This document shows, in pieces, positions 39,057-52,529 of a stretch of 64,000 bases of DNA. Source of the DNA: Podarcis pityusensis (taxonomy: Eukaryota). Location: the NCBI GenBank assembly GCA_964106645.2, contig OZ067042.1. One strand, written 5' to 3'. Position numbers and translations under genes: made by a program. How positions within the stretch are numbered: the first letter of the stretch is position 1; each line of letters begins with the position of its first letter. Under the pieces are notes generated by a model. It was not told the DNA's origin and did no database searches. It was given only the letters and a program-made list of their open reading frames with translations.

Positions 39057-39199
39057 TAGAATCATAGAATTGAAGAACTGGAAAGGCACCACGAAGGTCA
39101 TCTATCCCAACCCACTGCAGGGCAGGAATCTTTTGCCCAACGTGGGGTTCGAACCCACGACCCTGCGATTAAGAGTCTCGTCCTCTACCAGCTGAGCTA
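39057..39199 (-). mobile_element. tRNA-Lys(CTT)-derived SINE with CR1-like tail
   Basis: A box TAGCTCAGCTGG, loop CTCTTAA, B box GGTTCGAACCC, tail ...TTCTATGATTCTA. Confidence 0.8.
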
Positions 39200-39343
39200 C
39201 ATGTTGCTCCTTGACCTGGAATAGTTGAAAAGAAGTGGAAGAGTGGTTTGGAGTCCTAAAGTATAATGTTTTTGCATGTTCTAGTTCTATAACTTTAGTG
39301 GAAGCTCTTCTGCTTGTCTTCATAATCCTTTGTCCTCTTCCAG

Positions 39344-39482
39344 CCTGTAACCCTGTGGACAGGAAAGCAGGTCTTCGGTATCATTCTGAAGCCTAGTGAC
39401 AGTTGTCCTGTCAAAGCCAACCTTCGAACCAAGGGCAAGCAGTATTGTGGCAAGGGAGAAGACTTGTGCAGCAACGATTCCT
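39344..39482 (+). CDS. POLR3A: POLR3A exon 14
   Basis: [17 protein letters not shown]...EDLCSNDS. Confidence 0.97.
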
Positions 39483-39589
39483 GTAAGTGGAGGTAGTGGG
39501 GAAGCCTGAGACTTGGCAACTGTAACTTATGACATACTTACTGACCACTGGGTTTATTGGAGATTTGTGCTTTCTTCTTCTTCTTCAAA

Positions 39590-40243
39590 TATTATTATTA
39601 TTATTTGTACCCCGCCCTCCCCAGCCAAGACCAGGCACAGGGCGGCTAACAACCAATAATAAAAACAAGTTGATTAAAATACAATTTAAAAAGATTAAAA
39701 TACAACATTAAAACATTAGGATGCAATGTTTTGAAAAATGAAAAATGAAAAATAAGGGGGGGGGGATCAAACTGATTCTAAGCCAAAGGCCAGGTGGAAC
39801 AATTCTGTCTTACAGGCCCTGCGGAAAAAATCAGATCCCACAGGGCCCTGGTCTCATGAGACAGAGCATTCCACCAGGCCGGAGCCAGTGTTGAGAAGGC
39901 CCTGGCTCTGGTTGAGGCTAATCTAACTTCCTTAGGGCCCGGGACCTCTAGGGTGTTGCTATTTATGGCTCTTAAGGTCCTCCGTGGGGCATACCAGGAG
40001 AGGCGGTCCCGTAGGTACGAGGGTCCTAGGCCATGAAGGGCTTTAAAGGTCAAAACCAGCACCTTAAATCTGACCCTGTACTCCACCGGGAGCCAGTGCA
40101 GCTGGAAAAGCACTGGGTGAATATGCTCCCATGGCAGAGATCCTGTGAGGAGCCTCGCTGCAGCATTCTGCACCCGCTGGAGTTTCTGGGACAGCTTCAA
40201 GGGCAGTAGAGCGAATTACAGTAGTCAACCCTGGAGGTGACCG
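39590..40243 (-). mobile_element. L2-clade LINE 3' fragment
   Basis: QKLQRVQNAAARLLTG...HIHPVLFQLHWLPVEYRVRFKVL; (AAT)n tail. Confidence 0.88.
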
Positions 40244-40244
40244 A

Positions 40245-40830
40245 AAATACTTTTCAGATTTATACATTTCACTGATTTTACTATCATTTTGACATTTCAA
40301 AACTTGACTTCCTTCTCCCTGTTTCTGCGATTCCTTAAATTTATTTAATATCTCCTGCATATCCAAATTAACTTAACTTGCTCATTTATTCATCTTCTTT
40401 AAATATATATTGTTATGAAACTGCAGGTTATTACAATAATCCTGCCAGTGTTTTTAACTGTTTACAATTTATCTGTAAATATTCAGTAAACCATTTCCAT
40501 TCTTTTATAAAAACTTTGTTATCTTGATTTCTTATTCTTCTGGTAAGTTTCACCATTTCTGCATATTCCATAAGTTTTTGTATCCATTCTTCCTTTGCTG
40601 GGCCTTCTGCTTCTTTCCATTTTGGGGCAAGTAACATTCTTGCCACTGTAGTCGCATACATGACTAAATTTCTATACAGTTTGGGTAGTATAGAATTCCC
40701 ATAATTCCCAAGAGAAAAGCTTCTGGGTTGTTTTTTTCAAACGTTATTTTAAACATCCTTTTCCTTTCATTGTATGTCATTTCCCAGTAAGCCTTAACCT
40801 TACCACAAGACCATCACATATGATAAGAAA
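40245..40830 (-). mobile_element. L1-clade LINE 3' fragment
   Basis: ARMLLAPKWK...EEWIQKLMEYAEM..LT...FIKEWKWF. Confidence 0.7.
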
Positions 40831-42257
40831 AAAGAAAGAAGAATTGTGCTTTTAAGGTAGCAAGTGATAGTGTATCTTCCAAGGACTTTTAAAATTATTA
40901 TTTTATTCGGGACAGGTGAGATGTTTTCAGCAGACCAAAGAAAGTAACTTTGTGTACATAACACAACTTAAGGAATTCGCTGGCTGATAGAGGAAAATGG
41001 ATGGAACTCTTTCTGTACCACATCAGTTTCCAAGTGTTCACAAGCCTCTGCAGTTTTGGTTTCTGCAGTTAAAAAAAAGAGAATAATTTGCACCAAAGTG
41101 GCTCCCATACATGGTGGACGAATGGGCCTCAAGTGGTACACGTCTCTTTTGATCTGCCTTGAAGCATCTGCAACTAGAAAAGAAATTACTTGAGATCTGT
41201 CATTTCTAAGGAAAATTATCACTGTTTGGCAAGTGCAGTGCAGATGGTTCCTTTCATAGGAGCTGAACATTGGGCAAAATTGAACAATCTGACTTTGTGG
41301 GGAGGGTTGTTTTTATTTCTGAAACTAACTTAACCTCAGACCATTGTTCTAGTTGAAATCAAACTGTTAAACAGTCCCTAGATTATTTTTGGAATGAGAA
41401 CAATGTTTATGAGGTTAACTCGATTTGGACAAATGCTTGCAGCATGTTCTACAAGAGAGGTTTACTTCGTTGGCCTTTTGTTGTAGAAAATACTGCTTAG
41501 ACTCGCTTTGAAAGTCTTCTTGCTGCCCAAAAGCAGATGTTCCCAAGGAAGGTGTGGACGCCCGCAGCTCAATATTGTTTGTGGCTGAACCAGAAAGTCC
41601 TTTGGAGGATGCGATAGACCCCAGACGAAAATGCACATCCATCTTATAGGTGCATGTTGAATGAAGAGACAGTCCTGCTTGTCTTGTCTATTAAATTAGC
41701 AAAGCTAGCTTTAGCTTTGCAGTCCTTGACATGTCAGAGTAAGAAAAGGAATCCCCTTGTTTGAGAATTATAGCTCCCATACAGAAAGCCAGGCTCTTGT
41801 TTGACTGTGCTCAGTTATGTCTCTTTCCTTGTTTCAGTTTCTGGATTTATTCTTGTAACTAGTTTTAATTGTAAGAGGTCCCATGACCTTCGCGGTTGAG
41901 AATTTGTGTTTGTTTATATGCTCTGGTGGCCTTAAACTGTTACAAAATATGAAATGACTGAAATATGCTTGGATTCTACCACCCACCCTCCCCGCCTTAC
42001 AACTTGAGTTCTCAGCGTTTCTGCATCTACCGTATAGGTTTCTGGGTGTGTTAAAGCAGTGTTTTTCCCATTTGCAAACCAGGAACTACAACCGGGTAAT
42101 GCCCTAATGTACACTGGGTTGCATAAGTAGACCTGCCACCATTATTTTGAGAAGAGTTTCTTTAAGAGAAGGGATGAGATGTTGCCATGTTGGGGCTAAA
42201 AGTGGTCATGAGTCTGAAAAAGCTGAAAACGGGAAGCTTAGGTTGACAAGCTTCTGA

Positions 42258-42966
<709 letters not shown>

Positions 42967-43762
42967 CCTTCCAAAGAGCTTGGGGCAATGTGATGCACAG
43001 TTCTGTTTATCTATCCTCACAACAACCCAGAGAGGAAGATTAGCTGAGAAATATTGACTGAGCTATCCTCTCACTTTTATGCCTGAATGAGGAATTGAAC
43101 CCAGATCGTCCTAATTTTGACACTGTAACCAGTATACCACAATAGTTCTAATAAGACCCTCCACAGCTGACACTTCCTAGTCAAAACTGGAGTCAATACT
43201 AAGGTCTGGAATTTGTGTCTCCCTCTTCACTGAATTCACTGGGATCATGGCATGGTGGAGCTTAGGGATGGATAACTTTTTTTAAAAGAGTCATTAAACT
43301 GCACAGACATTGTACAAAGAAGGTAGTTGTTGTTCGTCCCTAGTGATGCCACAGGCGCATTCCAATAGACGCCACTTGTTTAAGGAAGAATTGTGACACA
43401 CACACACACCCCAGTGACAAGATAATCAAATTTGAGTGCAGGAAAAGTACTAGCTTTGTGACAACAAAAATTGTCTGGGTCTTGTGCAGTGAGCACATAA
43501 GCCATAACCATGCCTATCAATTTATTCTCTGGAAAGGCCCAAAGAGAACACACAATGTCAAAATGTACCACAAGCCAGCAAGACTATCTACTAAAAATGC
43601 TACACTTTTAAAGCTAGTTCTGCTAGCTTTAGGAAAGTCTAAATATATCTTGCATTGATAAGAAGTTTAAACCCTGAGTTCAAAAGTAACCTCGGTTAAA
43701 ATTCTCTGTGTGGCACTCAGTGAGCTGATGTGTACACTTGGCTGTTGTTTCCAAACACTTAG

Positions 43763-43935
43763 CTAATCGAGGATTTTCCATTGGAATTGGCGATGTGACT
43801 CCAGGACAGGGGCTGCTGAAGGCAAAGTATGAACTTCTGAATGCTGGGTACAAGAAATGTGATGAATATATTGACGCTTTGAAGACTGGCAAACTGCAGC
43901 AGCAACCTGGCTGTACAGCAGAAGAGACATTAGAG
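43763..43935 (+). CDS. POLR3A: POLR3A exon 16
   Basis: [15 protein letters not shown]...GCTAEETLE. Confidence 0.97.
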
Positions 43936-44041
43936 GTGAGTTGTATACCATCTGATAGAGAATTACTCATTCTTAGTAATGAATCGGAAGTCGTGTTGTG
44001 TGCTGTTTGCTGATTTACCCTCTCAAGGGTGAAGCATAACT

Positions 44042-44166
44042 ATTAAGATTCTGATTCAGCAAATTGATTTGCTGTGATTTGGCCAAACACTCCCAAAATG
44101 TGAAGACGGGCCACATTTCAAGTGGCCAAATCACAGTAAATCAATTTGCTGAATCAGAATCTTAAT
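44042..44166. repeat. 44-bp inverted repeat with a 37-nt loop
   Basis: 44042-44085 vs 44123-44166, one G-T mismatch. Confidence 0.95.
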
Positions 44167-44607
44167 CTTCCCAAGGTTGTACCTAGGGAAAGATTGAGGA
44201 CTTCAGGTTTCTGCACCCTCCTTTTCCCTGATTGCCACTTATTCTTCTCGCTTCACCATAGGTGAACCCTCCTATCTCCTGACGGTTGAATATAGGGTTC
44301 CCCCTACCCAGGAAACAGGCACCTCCCAACAGCAATAAGTGCAGGAAAAAGAAAGAGGCCGTTTCTGGCCTCCCTGAATTCTGGGTCTTCTGAAGCACCA
44401 AAGGGGCCAGGCTAGGACAAACCCCCACAGAAAGCCAGCATCTTCGTCAATTTGACAAAATTCTTGGCCGTGCCTCTGTTGTTGCAATGATCAGCCTACA
44501 GACTTCTTTCCTTTGGGATACTCTGCTTTTTCTTGGTCGTTAGAATTTGCTAAGATGCAACAACCTCTTTAGGTGAATTCTTGAAATGGTCAGCTTATTA
44601 ATTGTAA

Positions 44608-44802
<195 letters not shown>

Positions 44803-45860
44803 TAAAGAAGGCAGCAAAAGGTTAGGGTTGCGGTTCAGACAACACTTGGATCTGGAACAGGAAGCACAGGTTTAGATGTAATTCCAAGTGCATGCAGATG
44901 GTCTTTGAACCTGAGACACAGCCCATATGACCAGCATCTATTTGAATCTGAGTTGCATTGCCTGTTGGTGCACAGTTAGCAACCAAAGATCAGTGGCGTG
45001 GGCAAAGATCATACTAGCATGCCAATGTTATGCATTGTGGAGGCTGGCTTAAATGGCATGCTAGCAGCGTGAAACACTGCACAGGTAAGTTTTGCTTCTG
45101 GTTTTTACATGGCAGCACCACATTTTAAATCGGAAACTTTCCCACGTCATTTCTGTACCTCCTACATAGCACAGTTGCTTAAAGACGAAGCAGCTGCATC
45201 TTAATTTTGCGTTCAGTTGTTTGCTCTCTGTCCAACTCTAGATAGATTGTTCTTAATTCATTGGGCTGTCATGTATGAGTGGGAATTTTGTCTGCCTTTT
45301 TTGCCCATGCAACATTGCAAACTGGTTCTCCAGCTCTGGTTGAACTGGCATGTTGAGTGCCAGCCCTTCCTATGAGGGTGCATTCAAACCAAATACTCCC
45401 TGTTGGCATTCTGATAGGATAAGAATTCCATTTTGGGCACTTCGTGTGTTTTTTTTAAAAAAGGTAATGAGTACTAAAGCTTTTTGCACAGATCTACATT
45501 AAATGCAAGCCCAAAGTGATTCATAAATAATGGGGCACTTCTACAGTGGGTTGTATCCAGTGCTGCCACTTCAATTGTGCCACAGAAATTTTGCACTCTC
45601 TCCTGCACACCCTCATAATCTGCTCCAGATTTTGAAAATGTGCACGCACATTCTCTTTTATTTCTTTTACTAGTTTTGGTTTAGATTAGTTTGTCTTTTT
45701 TGTTGTAATGTGAAAAGTTTTAATAAAACTTTATTTTTTGAAAAAGCGAATTTGCACATACAAGTAAAGTAGAGTGGGGCAGACCTCCATCACAGTATGC
45801 TGCTTTGGAACATAAGGCAAGATGTGACCTACCTCTTTCTTTGCGGCGTTGTCTTTTTAG

Positions 45861-45979
45861 GCTCCTTCATTAACATCTCCCAGATGATTGCTTGCGTAGG
45901 ACAGCAGGCTATCAGTGGCTCACGCGTGCCTGACGGCTTTGAGAACCGATCCTTGCCTCATTTTAAGAAACATTCCAAG
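45861..45979 (+). CDS. POLR3A: POLR3A exon 18
   Basis: [40 protein letters not shown]. Confidence 0.97.
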
Positions 45980-47179
45980 GTGACTAGCATTGCGGGACCT
46001 AAATGACCTTATGAAATGGGGAGGTGTGGGTTTGAATACTAAGTGAAGGCGGAATTTCTAGTGCAATGTAATGTCTGAGCGGTTCAAATCTTGACTGCTG
46101 CGAACTCACAGACTAGTTGGCCTTGAGAAAACCTCCCTCTCTGCTCCCCCACTCCTCCTTGCGCTTTCAGGATAATATAAATGACCTACCCCATAGGGTT
46201 GCTACAAGGACCAAGACCTGAAATAATTTGCTCTTAATTCAATTGAACAAGCTGAGTCGTTTGCTTTAGACCACTGGAGTTTAACTCCATAAGGATGTAA
46301 CAGTTCCAGTGGGCAACTTGCCCAGATATTGGTCTCTTCTCCCTCGCTCCTCTTGCTTCTCCCCAGCCGCCAGTTGGCAGGCATCAAATTTAGAGCATTC
46401 TCCTCCTCTGTGTTGCCTATTACAGCTAGTTCTCTTTCCCACTCCCCGGGAAGCAGAGAGGCCTGTGGCTTCTTGTACTGGAATTGGAATCCTCTAGAGC
46501 CAACCAGGAATTGGTGAACTAAAAGCAAGGAAGTTGTGGGGGGGGAGGTACTGTCAGATATTCTGGACTCCATTCATCCTTCACTCTTGGCCATGCTGGC
46601 TTGGACCGATGAGAGCTAGAATCGAGCAACATCTGGAGGGCCATCAGTTCTCCACCCTTGGTGTAAGGAGTAAATACAGGACGTAAATGTTGGGAATCGG
46701 CCTGTGGCGAAGGAATTCCAAGAAGTTTAGAAATCACGCTGGATCGTTGCTATGGAAAGCAATTCTGTGAACAACTGTTAACCTGTAGGAAATATTTTGG
46801 TAAGAGTGGAGCTTTTACTATAGGATATTTTACTGTGTGCAAAAGGGCCACCCCTCCATCCTTTCTTGACCTCGCTGGCACTCCTAGGAGATGAGTTCTC
46901 ACATTTTCTAGAGCTGATAATTTCATCTGTTCATGCAGCACTTCTTGAAGAGGTACAGATAACAGCTGTAAAGATAATAGCTATATTATCGTAACTGTAA
47001 TACTGTATTTTTCTATGTATAAGATTTTTTTGTTTTTTTGTTTTTGTTTTTTGCTTAAAAACATTAGTCAAAAATTGGAGGTTGTCTTATACACAGATGG
47101 TGAATGCACAGGGGTTTGGGCTCTGGTGCGGGTGGTTCTGGCTCTGGCCCAATTTTTTAATTTTGCATTTAAAAAAATA

Positions 47180-48036
47180 AGGTAAAAGGGTAAAAGACCC
47201 CTGGACAGTTAAGTCCAGTCAAAGGCGACTATGGGGTTGTGGCGCTCATCTCGCTTCAGGCCAAGGGAGCCAGGTGTTTGTCCACAGACAGCTTTCCAGG
47301 AAACGCGAGACCATATAACACCAGTCTTGAAAGACCTACATTGGCTCCCAGTACGTTTCCGAGCACAATTCAAAGTGTTGGTGCTGACCTTTAAAGCCCT
47401 AAATGGCCTCAGTCCAGTATATCTAAAGGAGCGTCTCCACCCCCATCGTCCTAGCCGGACACTGAGGTCCAGGACTGAGGGCCTTCTGGCAGTTCCCTCA
47501 CTACAAGAAGCCAAGTTAAGGGAACCAGGCAGAGGGCCTTCTCGGTAGTGGCACCTGCCCTATGGAACGCCCTCCCACCAGATGTCAAAGAGAAAAATAA
47601 CTACCAAACTTTTAGAAGACATCTGAAGGCAGCCATGTTTAGGGAAGCTTTTAATGTTTAATAGGTTATTGTATTTTAGTGTTCTATTGGAAGCTGCCCA
47701 GAGTGGCTGGGGAAACCCAGCCAGATGGGCGGGTAAAAATAATAAATTGTGTTGTTGTTGTTATTCCGGGTCATGAGGCCAGCATGACTAAACCGCTTCT
47801 GGCGCAACGGAACACCATGATGGAAACCAGAGTGCACGGAAACACCGTTTACCTTCCCTGCTGCAGCAGCACCTATTTATCTACTTGCACTGGTACGCTT
47901 TCGAAGTGCCAGGTTGGCAGAAGCTGGGATAGAGCAACGGGAGCATACTCTATTGCAGGGATTCAAACCACCGACCTTCCGATGAGCAAGCCCAAGAGGC
48001 TCAGTGGTTTAGACCACAACGCCACCTGCATCTCCC
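47180..48036 (-). mobile_element. Sauria SINE split by an L2 insertion
   Basis: Halves 47180-47300 and 47764-48036; TSD AAAAAATA. Confidence 0.85.
47301..47763 (+). mobile_element. L2-clade LINE 3' fragment
   Basis: RDHITPVLKDLHWLPVRFRAQFKVLVLTFKALNGL; flanks TTCCAGG / TTCCGGG. Confidence 0.88.
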
Positions 48037-48216
48037 AAAAAATAGGGGTTGCCTTATACATGGAAAAATACGGTATATGAAGTCTGAAAGTGTTATCATG
48101 GTTTGCATGTTTGTTTATTATAATTTATATATAATTAACAAGGCGCTAAAGGTGGCATGTATGGTTGCCCATCTCTCTTTATTCTTACTGCAACCCTGAG
48201 AGGTAGGTTGGAGTGA

Positions 48217-48567
<351 letters not shown>

Positions 48568-49121
48568 TGAGCAATTCCTATCCGTTACATGTAAAGGTTC
48601 ATTTTCCTTACCTAAGTCAAGAAAATAACTAGCATTCCTCTCCCAGTTTGTGGCCTCATTCTTCCTCAAGGTTCAATTATTATGATGAAGAAGGAATCCT
48701 GTATCTCTAGAAATGTCTTTACTACATCTATAGAAAGATTCCTATATCTGTAGACATATATTGTGATTGTAGGAAATTTTGTGGGTCTTCCCTTTATGTC
48801 CGATTTGTCTTTTTACCATGAGGGGCAGCCTTGCAAAAACAGCAAACATTTATTGCAAGCTGTCTATATTCACCAGTGTAGTAACGTGTTCATGACTAGA
48901 AAGAAAGAGACCAGACTCCTTTCATTTTATCCATTTTTTCTGTCTGGTTGCTGCAAATTCTTTCTATTTGCAGCTAACCAGCTAAGTAGTCCTTTGGAAA
49001 CCTATGAGAGGCTGTTTCATATGAGAGGATTTTTGTCTCATCAGCTGACTTCTACGTAGCAAAGGAGCTCAAAACTTCAGATTATCCCCCCCCCCAAAAA
49101 AAAAACCCCATCATACTTTTA

Positions 49122-49410
49122 GAGAGCCAGTGTGGTGTAGTGGTTAAGAGCGGTAGTCTCACAATCTGGGGAACCGGGTTCGCGTCTCCGCTCCTCCACA
49201 TGCAGCTGCTGGGTGACCTTGGGCCGTCACACTTCTTTGAAGTCTCTCAGCCCCACTCACCTCACAGAGTGTTTGTTGTGGGGGAGGAAGGGAAAGGAGA
49301 ATGTTAGCCGCTTTGAGACTCCTTAAAGGGAGTGAAAGGCGGGATATCAAATCCAAACTCCTCCTCCTCCTCCTCTTCTTCTTCTTCTTCTTCTTCTTCT
49401 TCTTCTTCTT
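49122..49410 (+). mobile_element. tRNA-derived SINE (Squam3-like) with (CTC/CTT)n tail
   Basis: TGGTGTAGTGG A box, GGTTCGCGTCT B-like box, microsatellite tail. Confidence 0.82.
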
Positions 49411-49721
49411 TAAAAGATGGCTTGGTCCTGCCTTCATCCCTTCTACAGGCTTCAATGCTTAGAAATATGGGATGGAATGCATTTTTTTCAAATAATCTGC
49501 TTTTTAAAAATTGAGACTTTGATAAAGAACATTTAATGAGATTTATCCAAACCAAACCAGGCAGCAATACCTCAATAATTGTACCTTGAATGCCTTTAAT
49601 ACAATATTAAGTGTTTGAAATGTTCCCTTAAAAGATTCAAATGGAGGGGGACTTTCAGTGTACTGGACGGCAATGGTTCCTATTTATTACACCACGGGTT
49701 GTATTTCCAGACCTGTAATGA

Positions 49722-50042
<321 letters not shown>

Positions 50043-50063
50043 TAATAAATGTCAACATACTAC

Positions 50064-50630
50064 TGTAGCCTTATTAGACTTTACCGATTGGTGGGCTCTG
50101 CGTTGCTCCCGGACGGGAGGAAGGAAGTCAAATGACACCGAGGGTTGGTTCAGAGAAAGAGTTCTTTATTTCTGCTCTCCGGAGCAGCAGAAAGGCACTC
50201 GCGTGGTCAGTCCACAGCAAGTCCAAAGAAATGAGAAATTTCATGCAGTATATATATCCTCCAGGCACCCTCTCCCCCTTCCCCAGGAATCCAGCCACAT
50301 CAGCTTGTACACGCAGGTTGACATCACAGATGTTCCTGCTCCAGCACTCTTAACCATAAAAGGGATTTCCTTCCTGTACTCCTGACCATAAAAGGGTTTT
50401 CCTTCCTACACTCTTATCTTGGAGCAAGAGGTCACCAACTCCAAGAACACACTCTGGCGCTGTTCCTGGACTCGGTCTGTGCGTCAGAGTGTGGTCAGGA
50501 CGTAAGATAAGACCTAGACATGTCATCCCTACTCCACTGGAACAGCCAAGGTCATTCCTTCACTACAAAGCTTGAAGGAAATCTTCCTGTTGGGTTTTAG
50601 TGAATGGACCTTCCAGTCCTCGTTTCAGCA
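50064..50630 (-). mobile_element. Solo LTR (ERV-like), 567 bp
   Basis: TG...CA ends; flanks ACTAC / TCTAC; on the minus strand a TATATATA (about 50250) lies upstream of AATAAA (50170-50165); 31-bp direct repeats in the U3-like part. Confidence 0.65.
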
Positions 50631-50698
50631 TCTACCAATTAAATATGCTACAGAATTCTTAATCTTGTATCTGTTTTCTTTCATCTGTCTTTGAGCTT

Positions 50699-50840
50699 GG
50701 ATGACTCAGTTGGTTAGAGTGTGGGGCTACTGACGTCAATGTTGCAGGTTCGATTCCCTGTGTAGGACAGCTGCATATTTCTGCATTTCAGGGGGGTTGA
50801 TCCTCAGGTCCCTTCCAGCTGTACAATTATATGATTCTAA
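50699..50840 (+). mobile_element. tRNA-derived SINE with CR1-like tail
   Basis: TGACTCAGTTGG A-like box, GGTTCGATTCC B box, ATGATTCTA tail. Confidence 0.7.
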
Positions 50841-51012
50841 TGGAGACTGGGGATCTTTGTAAGAATTGGGCTTTTTGCCCTAAATGATAGGATTTGATTA
50901 AAAAGCGGGAGGAGAGTTGGGCACATCCAGTTTGAAAGCATATTAAATTGTCTGAAGGAATTAAATTGAAAAGGCCCTTGTAATGTGTCTGTGTACTACT
51001 TTGTTGTTTAAG

Positions 51013-51126
51013 GCAGTGTATCCAAGCCGAAGTGAGCCAGCACTTAGTAAAAATGAATTGGTGTTAACTGCTGAATCCATCATGAAGAAGAACGAATTCC
51101 TTTGCTGCCAGGACAGCTTCCTACAG
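51013..51126 (+). CDS. POLR3A: POLR3A exon 21
   Basis: [16 protein letters not shown]...CCQDSFLQ. Confidence 0.96.
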
Positions 51127-52007
51127 GTGAGGTCTTTGCGTCGTTTTCTTTTTCACACGATCATTAGTCCTTTACAAACTGCTCTCCCCAGAACACAAAG
51201 CAGCACGATTCAGTAATCTTACCTGTTTTCTGCTTCGGTAGCACCATCTCAGTTGTTAAATAGACAGATTTTGGGTTAAAATGCAGGTGTTTGTGCTCTG
51301 CCTTCTGAGGAATTGTTTTTATTTGCCGGTTAGGAACTGATGAGGTGCCTAAATATTCACTTTTAAAGGCAGCACTTTCTTGTAAATATGAGCCAGGACT
51401 CTGTTGCTTTGATTTTCCGTGACTGGCATAATTATTGGTTTGCAGTAGCAGGGATTTGGTTCAGAAAGTACATTAACGTGTGCTATCCTATGACTAGTTT
51501 ATTTCAATAACAGCAAAATACCTATTACTTTGTTTTTTTCTTGTTCTTTCTTGAAGGCGTTTACTGAAACAGGTTATGCAGTGTACAATGAGGTAATTGT
51601 AGCATGTGTGTGCACTATGTAGAACTTTATAGTGGCGACGCTTCTGGAATTGAAACTGTTTTGTGTTACTAACCCCCAGTTCATATGTTCATTGGTGCTG
51701 GAACTTCCATCCACCACCTCCCTCTTGCCACCATTCTTGGACAGCCCTTTGGTTCTACTGCCAACTCCTCAGTTCCCCAACCTTTGGGATTCTCCCTGCA
51801 ACACGAGGATCAATAAGGCACTGAACACACACCTTCCATGAACTTTCCTCCTTTCATTCAGATCTAGTAATCCCTCTCCCTGAATGCTGTTCTGCTCTTC
51901 ACCACCCAAGCCACCTTCCAGAGTCCCGGGGACTCCCATCTCACCCTCAAAAGTCCTGCTGTGTCAAGAAAAGTTTTTTGTTGACTACAAGAAGTAACTT
52001 CAGAATA

Positions 52008-52249
52008 CAGTGGTACCTCCGGTTACGAATTTGATTCGTTCCAGAGGTCTGTTCTTAAGCTGAAACCGTTCTTATCATGAGGCACGCTTTCGCTAATGGG
52101 GCCTCCCGCTGCTGCCATGCCACCAGCGTGCAACTTCCACTCGCATCCCAGGGCAAAGTTCGCAACTAGGGGTATTTACTTTCGGGTTAGCAGAGTTCAT
52201 TACCCGAAGCATTCGTAAGGAGGACAGTACGTAACCCGAGGTTCCACTG
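52008..52249. mobile_element. Tc1/mariner MITE, family A variant
   Basis: TA-flanked TIRs. Confidence 0.85.
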
Positions 52250-52529
52250 TAATCAGGAAAAGCGGGAGAGGTTCACTGAAGTGCAGCTGGAGAAACAGAG
52301 CCCCAGTCCAAAAGACTTCAGTTTGCTTACCTCAAAGTCCTGACGATTTGGGAGCCTGACTGATGAGGCTACTTCCCTATCAATATTGATCCATCAGCTG
52401 TTTGAGTCGATTTGATTCATATTTCTATGCCGCTTTTAATTCAAGTGAATCGCAAAGCAGCCTACAAACGATAAATAACAATAGCAGAACAGAACATCAC
52501 AAACACATGTTTTGGAGGTTTACTATTTA

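Larger units (their letters stand above)
47003..48073. mobile_element. pogo/Tc1-like MITE hosting a Sauria SINE, which in turn hosts an L2 fragment
   Basis: TA|CTGTATTTTTC...GAAAAATACGG|TA. Confidence 0.75.

Noticed and set aside
39130-39199. Possible tRNA-Lys gene (also 18636-18706 and 50699-50770)
   Set aside because: The acceptor stem is incomplete and each is fused to a CR1-like tail, so they are SINE heads
45961-45979. HFKKHSK where the mammalian protein, as I recall, reads HFEKHSK
   Set aside because: A single substitution; cannot be judged without an alignment
49159-49567. Poly-Lys, poly-Glu and poly-Ser ORFs
   Set aside because: They come from the (CTT)n SINE tail
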